This document shows, in pieces, positions 1 to 12,686 of a stretch of 64,000 nucleotides of DNA. The first letter of the stretch is position 1; each line of letters begins with the position of its first letter. The position numbers were made by a program, and so were the translations under genes. The stretch lies in NCBI GenBank assembly GCA_964016885.1, contig OZ024743.1, positions 300,142,001 through 300,206,000 of the forward strand. Reading direction: 5' to 3'. A model generated the notes under the pieces. It was given only the letters and a program-made list of their open reading frames with translations. It did no database searches and was not told the origin of the DNA. This DNA comes from Eledone cirrhosa. Lineage: Eukaryota.

Positions 1-3000
1 GCACACTTCTGCTCGGGTTCGAGTAACATGCGCCCGTTTTGATCAGGCAAAGACCGAATTGTGGACTTGTTGCCACGTCCCGCCTCCACCACCCGGGCCC
101 ATTGAACGGCTTTCGTCCCTTCGTGTCTGTCTAAGACACGCGCTCTAGATCTGACAACGCAGCCTCCGTGCTTTGCGTTGAAAAATTGGTCGAGTGCCAA
201 TTTCGCCGCAAGCACGTCGGTTGCGATGCCTGTCCTAAACGCCTCTTCTAGCTTTCTAACTAACTCTCCCTCTACTCTATTTTCCTCTATCACTACTCCT
301 TTGCTAAACCTTATCGATTCTACGGTAATGGCTCTCTTCAGGGTAAATCACCACCTGTTGTTGACGATCGAACCCGTCAACGCACACAACTAATTCGCTA
401 ATCCGGTCTCTGAAAGCTTTGCACGCCGGGAACAACGCGTTCAGGTTCCAGTAGCCGGGCTCTTGCCTATGAAGACTATCTAATTCAACTTGACACATCA
501 CCAATGTGTGGTCTGTGTAGTGGACTACTTTAAATTGTGGACAATCTACACTAGCCTTATCTGTTTCCCTAAAGAATACCCTATCTAAATATGATCTGGA
601 TGACCCGATGCGGTTTGCCCATGTCCACATTGCCACATTCGGATAATCCAGTCTATACCTGTCAGACAGTTCACAACGTCTGAGCAGGTTATTGAGGCTT
701 TTACACCCTCCTGCGCTGTCTACTATCCTCACATAATCCCAGCGTGCATCTAAGATACCGTTCCAGTCGCCCACTAACACTAATGAGCGGGAAGTTCCAA
801 GAAAGGTCTGTAGACGTCTGAATAAATCTGGCCGTCCTGCCCATGTCGGGGCGTAGACGGCTACTAGCCTGAAAGCATTGCCTTCACTGCCGGTCACGTC
901 CAGAACCACCGACTTACCTTCTGGGTCCAGGAAGATGGCCCGTATGGCGAGATCCAAGCCTCTCCGAAAAAACACATCAGCCCCTCCACCTGAACCTGGA
1001 CGCCTGGGAGATGCCGAAGATCGGTGCGAGGGTTTGTGCTTCGGAGATTCTGGTCTCGCTGATGACCACCACATCTATGTCTAGTGACCTGAGGTCGTTG
1101 AGCAGGTGACCCTGATTCCAAGATAACCCCAGGCCACGTACATTTATACTGCCTATTCTAAGTACGGCTATGTTGAATGACAAACGGGATAAGTGAGAAA
1201 GGATCACTTACCTTGATCGTGTGGTGAATGGACAATAGAACTGACCCTTTGGCTGGTCAGGGGTGTTTCCAAGAGGATGTCGGTGTATATGCTCTTGGTA
1301 ACCGACCATCTGAAGTCTCCAACTCCGTTGGGGAATTTTTGCTTTAAAAGTTTGTAATGTTCTATTGCGATTTCAATGATGATTATGCTTGTCGGGAGAG
1401 TTCTTGGTGTCGGTGGGGTGTAGTAGTTTGTTTGTGTGCTGGTTTATATGTTGTAGAAGTTCTTTATTTGCCATGTTTATGGCTGTGTACTTTTTATGGC
1501 TGTGTACCATTTTGTTTCTCTTTTCTTGCTTTTGCTGTTGCGTGTGTGTTTTGTTGTGTTTGCGATGTTGGTGTTTTTGGTGATGCTGGTGGTGGTGTGG
1601 TTGTTGTTGGTGGTGATGCGGTTGTTGTTGGTGGTGATGCTTGTGGTGGTGATAATGATGGTAGGGGTGTTGCTGCAAGTCTCCTTTCAGCTTTTATCCC
1701 TCTTTGTCTGCCTTTGCTTTTGGAGAGTGAAGCTAAGGGTTTTTTCGTTTTTTGTTTTTTTGTGGCAGACCTTTTGCCACTTTCCTCCCGCCTCACAATC
1801 CATGTCAGGACCCCGCGGCGTCCGGGAGGGGCATGAGTTCCACTGCTGTTAGTGTTGGTAGTGGAGCCCCCTACGGCGATTTTACCGCCGGCGTAGCTAC
1901 TGCGACTGTTGGTGTTGCCGCCACTGCTGCCGCTGCTTTAGTTGTCCGTGACCTTGGTATGGGTGCCACGGACGTTGCCATCCTACTCACCATAGAAGGG
2001 TCTTCTGCCTCTGTTTCCTGCACTGCTCTTGTTAGCAGCGGAACAGGCGTCGAAAGGGGGGGGGTCTTATTGGATTCTTCTGCGGGCAGAAGGCCATGAG
2101 GTGATCCTTCCGCCCACTGAGATAGCACTTTGGGCGCCTTCGTTCCACGCTTATAGGGAGATGGAGCCCTTCTACGAGGTCTATGAGGTCTGGGATGGCC
2201 TCGATGCACTCCTGGTCAGACTGTATTAGTATTTGCATACCTATTACTGACCAGTTCTCTCTTCCCATTCTCTGTATTTGTAGTATGGTGGTCTTCTCCT
2301 CTATTCCAGCCAGTACAGACGCGGCCAGCCAAAGTATGGGCACGTAGAGCGGGATCTGGGTCACTCTGACCCTCAAAATTTTCTGCCCGCAGTAGCAGGG
2401 CACCAAGACTATCTCCTCACTCTTTAGGGTTTCCAAACAGTGAGACTTCGCCTCTTGTGGGGTGGCGAAAAGTACGTCTACTGTGACGTACTTTTTATCT
2501 CGGGTGATGTGGGCTTTGCGCGCCCAGACGCACCCCATGGCCATTTGGATTTGAACCTCCATGGCTCTCTCTCCACTCGATGTGACATTTTGCTTACGTT
2601 GCGGTAAGTCACCGTGCGCAGTTGCTGGTCTTTGAAGAAATCGGGTGGAGGTTTCAGGGAAACTCAGTTGTCTTTTCTCGACACCATCGCTCTTGCGACT
2701 GCCATCGCCTCCTCCGTGACTAGCACTGTTTCTATATTTCTGGCTACACCTGCGAAAGAAGTGGCCCCTTTTTCAGCGGCACTATTATTGCTGCCGCCAC
2801 TGGTCTTGTTGTTGGTGTTATTGCTGTTGCTACTGCTACGAACGGTGTTGTTGGTGTTGTTGCTGTTATCACTGTTGTAGTTGATTGTGTTTTTGGTGTC
2901 ACCGTTGTTGTTGTTTTTCGTGCAATTTGTATTGTTGTTGTTGGTGTTGTCGTTGTTTATGTTCTTGTTGGTGGTGTTAATATCGTTGTTGCATTTGTCA

Positions 3001-3411
3001 TTTTTTTCTGTTGTCTGTATTTTGGTTGACGCTGTTATTGTTGTAGTTGGTGGGGTAATATTTTCGAAATTAGTGTTCTCAGTGTTGTCTTTGTTCCCGT
3101 TGTTTGTGGTGGTGTCTGTTGTAACAATGTTTGTAACCCTCATCTCTACTTTTTCACCGTTTCGAGACGACAGCAGATATATTGCTGGGGGGCGTGGCTC
3201 AGCCATGTTTTTCTTTTAAAACAATTTAAAAAAAAAAATTAAATGTTCAAATATTTGGGCTAAAAGGCCCAAATAATTTACTTTCCCCTTCACAGGGCAA
3301 AGTCTAAGGGCTTATATCCCTTACACAACGAGAAATATTTAACAACAAATAATTTTAACAGGCACATAAAGTGACTTACTGGGAGCAAGCAAAAAGCGTC
3401 CGAACAGACCG
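1..3411 (-). mobile_element. Tx1/L1-type non-LTR retrotransposon, 5' half: broken ORF1 (about 3206 to 1208) and ORF2 apurinic endonuclease (1207 to beyond window start)
   Basis: APE motifs GSINVRGL, ISETR, VYAP, LVGDWNGILD, SYLDRVF, TDH and YWNLN across frameshifted ORFs 977..1207 and 304..1074; degenerate zinc knuckle CYLSGRKDHLMAFC in 2032..2562; 5' end abuts (ATA)n at 3412-3440. Confidence 0.9.
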
Positions 3412-3440
3412 ATAATAATAATAATAATAATAATAATAAT

Positions 3441-4560
3441 GTATTTATAGTCAGCAGGGAGAGTAGGGATTTTCAAAAAGAAAACGTGTTAACCAATTTA
3501 GAAAATGACAATAAATTACCAAAAAAATAACAATAAACTTCTCAAATACGGGCTATCTCATCCACGGTTAACATAGGAACCCCAGAGATGGTAATCTCCC
3601 TTAATATCCAAGAGCACTATAGTTACCACTTTCCTTCCGAAACTCTCAGGCCTACAGGCGCATGGTCAGAACAGGAATATTTGCTCGGGCACTCCTTGTT
3701 ATATTCACCCACCTTTTAACAAATGAACTGTGGTGGTAATGATGGTGGTGGCATGGGGACACATCCTTCACTACTCTCATCTTCCTTTCCAGGTGGAACT
3801 TGAAAACGTTGGTGAGGGCTTGGCTGCATTTGAAAGTGTCTGTCTTCCAGTCCTTACAGTCGTGTCATCTACAAAACCTTAAGCAGAGGTAAATTGTCGT
3901 TATTTCTCAGGCCAAGGAGACGGCTGATAGTCCCATCCGGCCAAGGAGACGGCCGATAGTCCCATCCGTCCTACACGCGACTATAGCTGTTTGACAAAAC
4001 ACCACAAGTCAGCAATTCGCGTACACTTGTCGTGTGCGTACAGAACAATTTTGTCGTTCTGCGCAGATCTCGGACGCGTTCGTTTAACAGCATTTCCTTT
4101 CCAGTAGGATTTGTTTCGAACTGTCAATGATCCCACCCCCATCGCTAGCACTGCTATTTCATGGATTTCAAGTATTTATATATTGGTCTTGGACCACATA
4201 TCGCCGTTAAAGTGTGGCTAGTTGAATATTGTCGACACTCAGATTAACCCAGTACTTAATAGGCTTGTTTGGCGTGCTACTTGAGCGTTTGATACTTTCC
4301 CATTTTGGGGTTGTTGTTGTTAGTGTTAAGTATGCTGTTGCCACTGCTGCTGTTGTTTCTGATGCTGCTATATTATTGTGGCTGTTGTTGACGGTGGAGT
4401 CATTTTTGGTTGTTTCTGCAATGACGGTGGTACGGTGGTGATGTTGATGGTCACGTTCTGGCTGCTGCTTTTGTGGCATACACTGCAATTCTGAGTGATG
4501 GTCTCTTCGTGCGAAATAGCTTTGCACCCTTTTGTGAGCGCGGGGTGCAATGTCCCCTTG
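3441..4560 (-). mobile_element. Decayed Tx1-like LINE fragments (ORF2 3' end plus ORF1-like piece)
   Basis: 3785-3860 resembles the Tx1 C-terminal segment at 31590-31670; ends in an (ATT)n tail on the minus strand; 29-bp tandem duplication at about 3910-3968. Confidence 0.55.
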
Positions 4561-5679
4561 ATTTTCTAAAATTTTGAGATGTAATGTATATAAAATTTGT
4601 GATATTTGAGCCTTCGTCTAAAACCTATGGGTCCCCTTTCTGTGTCTTACAGAGCGAGGGACCACTTTAACCCAAACTGTCACCCCTCCTGGAGACAGCT
4701 ACTAGTTAGAATAACACTGGTAGTTGTGTCCCCTTATGCCACTAACCTCATCATGAGGATATTCTTGTAGTTGCACTATTTGTGCCACTGTTCGTGGTAG
4801 TTATGTTGTGTGAATTCTTCTTTATTTTCACTCTTTCGATCCTTTTTTTCAAATTGCTGTTTCATACGCTGTGAAATTTAATAACTATCTAGCTGTTATA
4901 TCCAGTAAAGTGTTTCCATACATCTGACTATGTATTATACATAAAATGCTAACATAATGAATCACACGAATTCCCTATATTCTCACACAACTTCATCATT
5001 CTAGATTACGAGGACCTCTTCATATTGGTTTTCTTTGCTATAATTAATTCGCATACCTTTATATGTGAATATTGGAATATTGAAATGAAAATCAACTTTC
5101 AGGAGAGGATACATAATTAATACAAACATTAACATTCTGATATTTGCAATACTGACAACCAACAATCTACTAAATTGTGAAGCACAAATGTCCATTCGAA
5201 AGAAAAAGGTTTCTTCTTAGCTAGAGGAAAATACACAGGAACCACATATTTTACATCCATGATTGACAGTTTAGAGTCTCAAGGCAAGTAGCACAGCATA
5301 TTTAAATTTTCGATATTCATTTCACTCAGCATAAGAAAAAAAAAGGTTACCTAGGCCGCTAGATATTACTACACCGCAAAAAAGAAAAAGAAACAAACAA
5401 ACAAACAATATTTGCGACGAAACCTTTTTAAATTGTTACAAACTTTGTAACTCTAAAAACCTAACACCAATAAAAATAAAAAAATAAATAAAATATTTGG
5501 TTGGAAATTCTCTGAAGCGATGGTGTAAATCATAATTTAAAACAAATAACTGAACTCTGTTTCATTTATTCAACATTTTCAACCCTCTTGTATATATACA
5601 TATATCTTACTGCTGAATCCCTTCCTAGTGAAACAGGGGAAATTAGACAGGAGTATGCATAATTTTATAGCAAGAAAGC

Positions 5680-6625
5680 AAAGTACAACTCGGAGTTAAG
5701 AAGCGCTCCGCAACAGAGGGTTATACTATAGTTTGAAAACATTCTTTATTGATTGGCAGTCTACGATTGAATGCCTGCTGACTTTGATCAATCAGGTAAT
5801 GGCACATTTGCACATCACAACATGTAACACAGTACAAAATCTTACATAAAGTGTGTTTCAACGAAGAGCATTGGATGAGCTGATGTTCTCTCACGTTTGG
5901 TTATCACTGATAACATGTTTCTGGAGGAAGCTGTCATAGCTTCAGCTGATTTAACACCGTGATGGGGACGAGTATCAAATTACCGGTGATTTTTATCATG
6001 GTTCGGGTGGCTTTTAAGCATGATAATGTACTAGAGCAGTCATTAAATTACCATAAGACAAAGTGGGTCTCATGTTCCCCACGATATATACGACAGCTCT
6101 ATCACAGACGAGACGCATTATCGATTGTTGATAACTTTCTCCTTTTCCCTGGTATATCGTATTTCCCATAGTTTTGCACAAAAGTAGTTCGTCCCATTTC
6201 GACAAAGGATATCCACGAATAAGCTGAATGAGGGCTCTCACATGTAGCTACAACTACTGAACGGTTATGTATGAACAACTGAAGCCGGTATCTCGGAGAT
6301 ATATTCGGTGATATATAGTCACAGTGAAACTAACCAAATGACAACCACTTTGATTCTGGCCCAAACTGGAAAACCATGGTCCCTCATACACGTTAGTTTT
6401 ACTGTTCTAATCAGCAGGGGGAACGTTTTCATCATAGTTGATATCTTTAGTAGGTGGCCAGAAACCTTCATCGCAACGAAAACGAGTACTTCATCTAGAG
6501 TTGCACGATTACTAACTTATTCTACAACTTCAGCACCCCAGATCACATCTCACCATTTCAGTAATTTTAATTTTACAAGGAGCCTAGGAATCACACATAT
6601 CAATTCAGTACCATTTTCCCGTTAG
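5680..6625 (+). pseudogene. Decayed Gypsy-type pol (RNase H/integrase) fragment
   Basis: ADVLSRL-like motif near 5880; integrase-like PWSLIHVSF..IIVDIFSRWPE and GITHINSVPFS in ORF 6308..6625. Confidence 0.7.
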
Positions 6626-6720
6626 AATTTAAAGGTTTATTATACTATGATCATTTCAATGACCGGGTTCCATATGAATCCCGACCCATGGCTTTTTACA
6701 TATTCCTTTGTTATATTCCA

Positions 6721-6778
6721 ATACCTGATGATATCACCGGATTCATATGGAACCCGGGCATTGAAATGATCATAGTAT
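6721..6778 (+). ncRNA. Type-I minimal hammerhead ribozyme (family A) within the 6630-6790 fold-back
   Basis: ATAC-CTGATGA-stem II (CCGG..TTC ATAT GGAA..CCGG)-GAAA-TGATCA (palindromic stem III)-TA-GTAT. Confidence 0.8.
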
Positions 6779-7076
6779 AATAAACCTTTCAAGGATTTAC
6801 ACCTGTCCAGCCTCCTGTTATTTCATTTATAATTAACTCCGTATTCGCACCACCAACTACACAAACTAAGATGGGTGAACTGCACTGCGTTGAGTACTCT
6901 TCACAATATTACACCAGGATTGACCATACGGAATGACCAGTTCTATCCAGTGGTGAACCAACAAACTTAAAGATATATATATATATATATATACTTGGGG
7001 AGGGTCATATTTGTGTAATATTGCCGGAATTAATAACAGAACAAACTCACTGTTTGGTTGGTTTTCGCTTCTCGCT

Positions 7077-7122
<46 letters not shown>

Positions 7123-7193
7123 TAAAATAACAGATTAAAGTTTAATCAAAGAATCGCTGCTTTCACCCTTAACGGGATCTTCTGAAACTCGAC

Positions 7194-8390
7194 GTGTGTA
7201 TGGGCGCCAGTGACTCTGCGGAGGTTACTGATCTTATTGGCCTTTTCCTTCTTTTCTCTATCAAGGACGAATTCCCCAACGCGGGCGGTGGTTTGTACCG
7301 TGACGATGGTCTTTTGACCATGACTAAGTGCGCACCTGGTGCTTGCGACAGGTTCAGAAAAGAACTCACAGCCTTCTTTAAAGGCTTCAACCTCTCTATA
7401 CAGGTTGAGGCCAATCTCTCGGTCGTTAATTACCTCGACGTTACCCTCAATTTATTGAATGGGTTGTATTACCCGTATAGAAAGCCGAATGATACGCTTA
7501 ATTACATAAGTAAGCATTCCAACCATCCTGCCAGCATAACCAAGAACCTGGTAAGAAACGTTTCGTTGAGGCTTTCCCGTCTTTCCACCAACCAGCGCAT
7601 TTTCAACGACCATTCCACTTATTACAATGAAGCTCTTGCTCGAAGTGGATTTGCCGATAAGGTAGCATATACAGAGTACGAAAATGGACCTAGAAGAAAT
7701 AGACCCCGTCGCATTTGTTGGTTTAACCCACCATATAATATGGAGGTGGCCACACCATTAGCTAAGATCTTTCTTTCCCTTATTACGAAGCATTTTCCCC
7801 CTACACATAAATATAGTAAAATTTTTAATAGAAATAATATTAAAATTTCTTACTCTACGACTCCTAACCTTGCACATAACATCACAGCTTCAAATTTAAC
7901 TAAACTAGCTAGCCGTAGGAGCACGTGCAACCCTGTAGTTAGTACTAACTGTAATTGTAGGAATCGGGCTGATTGCCCCCTATCCGGGAAATGCCTCTCT
8001 ACTAACATTGTCAACAAATGTAAGGTTGTAACACCCATGTCCCGTAGGGCCTACATAGGGTTAACCGCCAATAGTTTCAAGCAGCGTCTTTACATGCATA
8101 CCCATTCTTTTCGTTACCCTCTAAGAAGGAATATGACGTCACTTTCAGCTTATATCTGGAGTCTAAAAGACAACCACACCCAATATAAGTTACACTGGGA
8201 GATCCTAGCTAGGGCTAGATCGTATAACGGAAATAAAAGACCATGTGATCTCTGCGTCGCTGAGGCCCTGGAAATACTCTACGCTACAGACCACATCTTA
8301 AACAAAAAATCTGAGGCAGTTTCGGCTTGTAAACATAAATTGCACAAAACCTTCCTGTATTACAGCCCCACGTTATACCCTAACGGATAG
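7194..8390 (+). CDS. PLE reverse transcriptase C-terminal half plus GIY-YIG endonuclease (open, 5'-truncated)
   Basis: MGASDSAE, YRDD, NYLDVTL, YRKPN, SNHP, WFNPPY; linker CNCRNRADCPLSGKC; AYIGLT..FKQR..H; CDLC..E; LNKKSE. Confidence 0.9.
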   Translation: MCMGASDSAEVTDLIGLFLLFSIKDEFPNAGGGLYRDDGLLTMTKCAPGACDRFRKELTAFFKGFNLSIQVEANLSVVNYLDVTLNLLNGLYYPYRKPNDTLNYISKHSNHPASITKNLVRNVSLRLSRLSTNQRIFNDHSTYYNEALARSGFADKVAYTEYENGPRRNRPRRICWFNPPYNMEVATPLAKIFLSLITKHFPPTHKYSKIFNRNNIKISYSTTPNLAHNITASNLTKLASRRSTCNPVVSTNCNCRNRADCPLSGKCLSTNIVNKCKVVTPMSRRAYIGLTANSFKQRLYMHTHSFRYPLRRNMTSLSAYIWSLKDNHTQYKLHWEILARARSYNGNKRPCDLCVAEALEILYATDHILNKKSEAVSACKHKLHKTFLYYSPTLYPNG

Positions 8391-9319
8391 CACGATCTAT
8401 ACGTGGATATTTTACGTCTTGATGTGGGAGCTAAGTATATGTTTTGTTTATTCCTTTACTTATTTGCATAGGTAAGTATATATTATCCATATGTTTTGTG
8501 AAGGTATGTATACCTTCTCGTACGTATATTTGACTGTTATAGCGTATAATTTTTATATATTCTGGTATTTAGGGTTTGGCTATGTGTATACGGGAGTTTT
8601 GCGTCCGCGTGAGTGTGCAGGTTCGTACGTATGGTGGGTGTGTGTATATGTGTACTTCTTGTTTTAGTTGACTTACGTCTCCGAACATTCGTGTATTTAT
8701 ATGTAGGTATGCGTGTGCGCTTGTTATATACGTATTTATTTACTTATATACGTTTATATAATTATTTATTTATTTGCACACAAGCATACACACACACACA
8801 TATTTATATGTGCGTGGTTTTGTATACCCATGGCAAGGTTTTGCGTATGCTTGTGTATGTACGTATCTGTTTGCGTGTATGTATTTATTTGTTTCTATTA
8901 CTTCTGTATTGTACTTATTTACTTTGTTCTTATCTCTGTAGCGGAGATTCATTTGGTCTCCTAGTTAGAATTTTAGTCTACGATTTCTGCTATACCATTT
9001 ACGTGGTTTTGTCTTTGCGTGCTATTGTTCTCCACGCTCCACATATGACTTATTATCTTCGTTTTTTCGTTCATTGCCTGAGAACGTCTCTATGCACCAC
9101 CTAAGAGAACATTAGTCTACGACCTCTTTTATACCATAAACGTGGTTTTGTCTTTGCGCGTACTTGTTTTTCACCGCTCCTATTAATGACGTATCATTCG
9201 TTTTTTCCTGTTCTTTGCCAGCGAACGTTACCACGAACCAAAGTATCGTCTTCCTGTCTTTCCTCCGGTTGCAACGTTTTTTGAAATATCCAGTTCTGCG
9301 TTTACAGATTGACTTTGTT

Positions 9320-9370
9320 AGTTTCAGAAGATCCCGTTAAGGGTGAAAGCAGCGATTCTTTGCTTAAACT
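9320..9370 (+). ncRNA. Hammerhead-like motif of PLE family B with CAGAAGA core; copies at 7139-7189 (-) and 17780-17830 (+)
   Basis: AGTTT-CAGAAGA-TCCC GTTAA GGGT-GAAA-GCA..TGC-TT-AAACT. Confidence 0.7.
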
Positions 9371-9485
9371 TTAATCTGTTATTTTAATAAATATTTGCTC
9401 TACGGTTCTTATATATTTGATATATATTTTCCTTATCGAGCCCTCTTTGGATTTTAGTCTTCAATTTTATTATTATTACTATTAT

Positions 9486-9539
<54 letters not shown>

Positions 9540-9809
9540 GGTTGGATATAAACTCGTGTCGCATTTCAGACATGATGAGTTTGAAGACAATGTTTCAATA
9601 CTGACTATAATATAAGCTTTACATTTGTTTGTTCTAATGCCTCTCTAGTTTTTTCCGATTAATTTAATGCTATATTGCTCAGTATTATGCAATTCTAGCC
9701 CTCTAGAGTGAGAGCTGATCAGACACATATAAGGTATTGAATGCTGCATGAATTCATTAGTGTCCACAGCGACCGACACAGCAAGGAATATTCATACTGC
9801 CTACACGTC

Positions 9810-10078
9810 GACAGGACAATTATAAAACACATGGAGGAACTGGGAAAGCTATCTAAACTTGACCAGTGAGTGTCATATAATCTAACTGCTATCTAACTCC
9901 ATCAAAGAGTTGCCTTATGCACCTCATTAAAGCGTAGACTTATTAATAACCATTTACTGTGCAGAATAGTAACCAGTGATGAAACCTGGGTACTATACAA
10001 TAATATCCAAAGAAAAGTACAGTGAAAAGAGGGAAACCATACCCAAACCTGGACTTCACCCAGGAAATTTATGATATC
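9810..10078 (+). pseudogene. Mariner transposase remnant
   Basis: Translates TIIKHMEELGK..*VSYNL..RIVTSDETWVLYNN..PKPGLHP, equivalent to the WVPHEL and IVTGDEKW motifs. Confidence 0.7.
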
Positions 10079-12119
10079 TGATTCCCAACATGATTAATGA
10101 AATTCGTGGCAGGCATCTCACTAACAGACTGCACATATCTCTCCTGAGCACGTTTGATAAATATTTCAGCGTTAATACTACGGATAGCAGTTTGTACCCA
10201 GTCAATAAAGACTTATTTTACGTTGCAACATTGCTTTTGCAAAAACTGGCGAATATTCGCTTATGCTATGTTGAATATAGTTCATGCTGTCCATTTACGA
10301 CTTTTGTGATTACGAGGAACAAGGCACACTTCCAGTTTTAGGTATGTAAGTTTTGTGAAATATACACATATATCACGTTTAACCATACTTGTACAATCGT
10401 ATTGTTGTTGTTGTATCCGTAAAGCAAAGAATCCTAACATTATTCCTCGAAATATATGTGCTCATTAAATCATATAGTATAATGAACATATTAACATAAA
10501 TTACACAGACGGCCGTCTCAGTAAATCCAATCTGCGTTATATCAGATTGAATGAGTGTGTGAAAATGTCAAGAGGCTTTGTGTGAGTCGCTTTTGAATGG
10601 TGGAGAAAGTTCATAAAAATTTTGCCTCGCTAATGCCAAATCTATTAGATTTTAATTGTCGCCAACAAATATAGTTATCATGAATATATCGATTTTTTCA
10701 GTTGTATTAAAATATTTCCGTTTAAATTTAATGTTTAGCTAATCTTATATAATAGTAAAGACAGGGGCAAAAAGTAAAATATAAAAAAATGTTGTAATAA
10801 TATTTAATTAAAATGAAACAATTAATATAATCACATTTGAAAAATAAAATGCGATACAGAAAATGTTGTTAGGGAATTACGATAAACCAAGTAATGAATA
10901 TTTGCGGTATGGTATAGCTCTCTGTCGATAGCAAATATTGATTTTCTTTTTAATGACACAAAATTAAAATCAGTTGAGTACAATTTACTATATTTAAAAC
11001 ATGTATTTAAAATTGGGAACAATTAAGATATTGTTGAGCTTGTATATTTCGTAAAACTATTAGTAATGAATAGCAGAGGTAGCCTGGTCGAATAGTTAAC
11101 AAGTTTGCTTCGAAACCATGTCCTGAATGACATCTGGAACAAGTGGGATGTGTTATCGAAGCTTCGTGTTGGAAAAAGGTTTTGAACTAGTGTAGAGTGA
11201 AGGTAACTGCTATCCCATTGAATGAAATGTAAATCTATTTTAAGGTGCCAGATTTTAGACAATGCCTTCAGTTGAATTCTCCTGAGAACCGACTGTACAT
11301 GTATCTGTCGAATGTTCGACAATTTGCAAGTTGCTCGATTAATCAAATAATTGAAACACTCATCGTTGAACGAGACGGAGATCCATTTCTTTGCACTTAC
11401 GAGAAAATATGTTGCAGGATGATGCAGCGGAATTTAAAGTTTTTTTGAAGTGTAAATCTGCATAATATACGAGAATATCTCAAAATGTTACTCATATCTT
11501 GTGACAAAACACGATAAAGTGTGAGCAGAGATGATTATAATCAATATATTTGTCCTGGGATTGATACAAATGTTTGTTTCACCATAGTTGTCTAGAATTC
11601 TAGAGAGGGTATATAGAATGTAGTGTCATACATTTATTCTATATAGGTACAAGCCAAGGAAAAGTATATCCGCTGGAATCTAAAAACTCCGTTGAATATA
11701 TATGATGATATTTGGTTGGATATAATTAATTACGAACGTCACCTGATCTGCAAGATAAATATATAATAAAAGAGGGCTGGGGGAGTCAGAAAATATGTAA
11801 ACACTTCAGGTTCAACCAAACCTTCCACAACGCCTACAACATATGATTTTATAATAATGATTTTATTAAACTGAACGTGTGGTACACAGTGCAATACTAA
11901 ATTATCACATGCATAAACGACCGCAACATAAATATTTCTATGCTTTAATATTTGCTTGTCTGAAGGCTGTGGATTTGCGGAATAGATAGAGTGTGGGATA
12001 AAATTACTTGATTTATATAAATACGTTCTGATTTCAAATACATTCGAGGTTAAGTTTGCATTTTATCCTTTAGGGGTTGATACAATAATGCAACAAATTC
12101 CGGAAGGGAGCAAACCTGA

Positions 12120-12612
12120 ACAGTTGGAACCTGGAACATTACAATCATTACAGGAAAGGAGCAGTAAAGAGTGGAGTAGCGGTTCCTTCAACAATGGTCC
12201 GTGGCTCAGATTCTGTAGAATATGGTGGAGGATGGAAATTCCACTATTAAGTGTGATGCTAGAAATGACGGAATGTGTTATTCATTGGATTCCGTTTAGA
12301 GGGAGGATTTGCCTCGTGCAGATTAGGCTGACAATAGGTCTCCGGCGGTGGTGCAGGTTTATGAACCAAAAGAACATTTCGAATATAACTCCTTTCTTAA
12401 TGATGTCACTGCAGCGTTTGATCTATTAACAATTGAGTCATATATCCTTATGGACGACGTCAATACACATGTTGTCACTGACCACCTGAAATGGAAAGGA
12501 GTGATAGGAAGGAATTACGAAACCGATCGTAATACGAATGGAAAGGCCTTGCTGGACTTCTGCTCCAGCAATGGACTCGCTATTATGAACAACTTCTGAC
12601 GACACATAATCA

Positions 12613-12686
<74 letters not shown>

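Larger units (their letters stand above)
7118..9488 (+). mobile_element. Penelope-like element family B, 5'-truncated, with an inverted pLTR piece at 7118-7189; inserted in (TA)n
   Basis: 7118-7189 is the reverse complement of 9320-9391; RT/GIY-YIG ORF inside; (TA)n on both sides. Confidence 0.9.

Noticed and set aside
1373-1678. His/Gln-rich ORF (also 29850..30293)
   Set aside because: Alternative frame of the Thr/Pro-rich low-complexity part of Tx1 ORF1
10900-11450. Possible pogo/Tigger transposase remnant on the minus strand
   Set aside because: Only faint motif echoes (FIQW, FDNTSH); not supportable without a profile search
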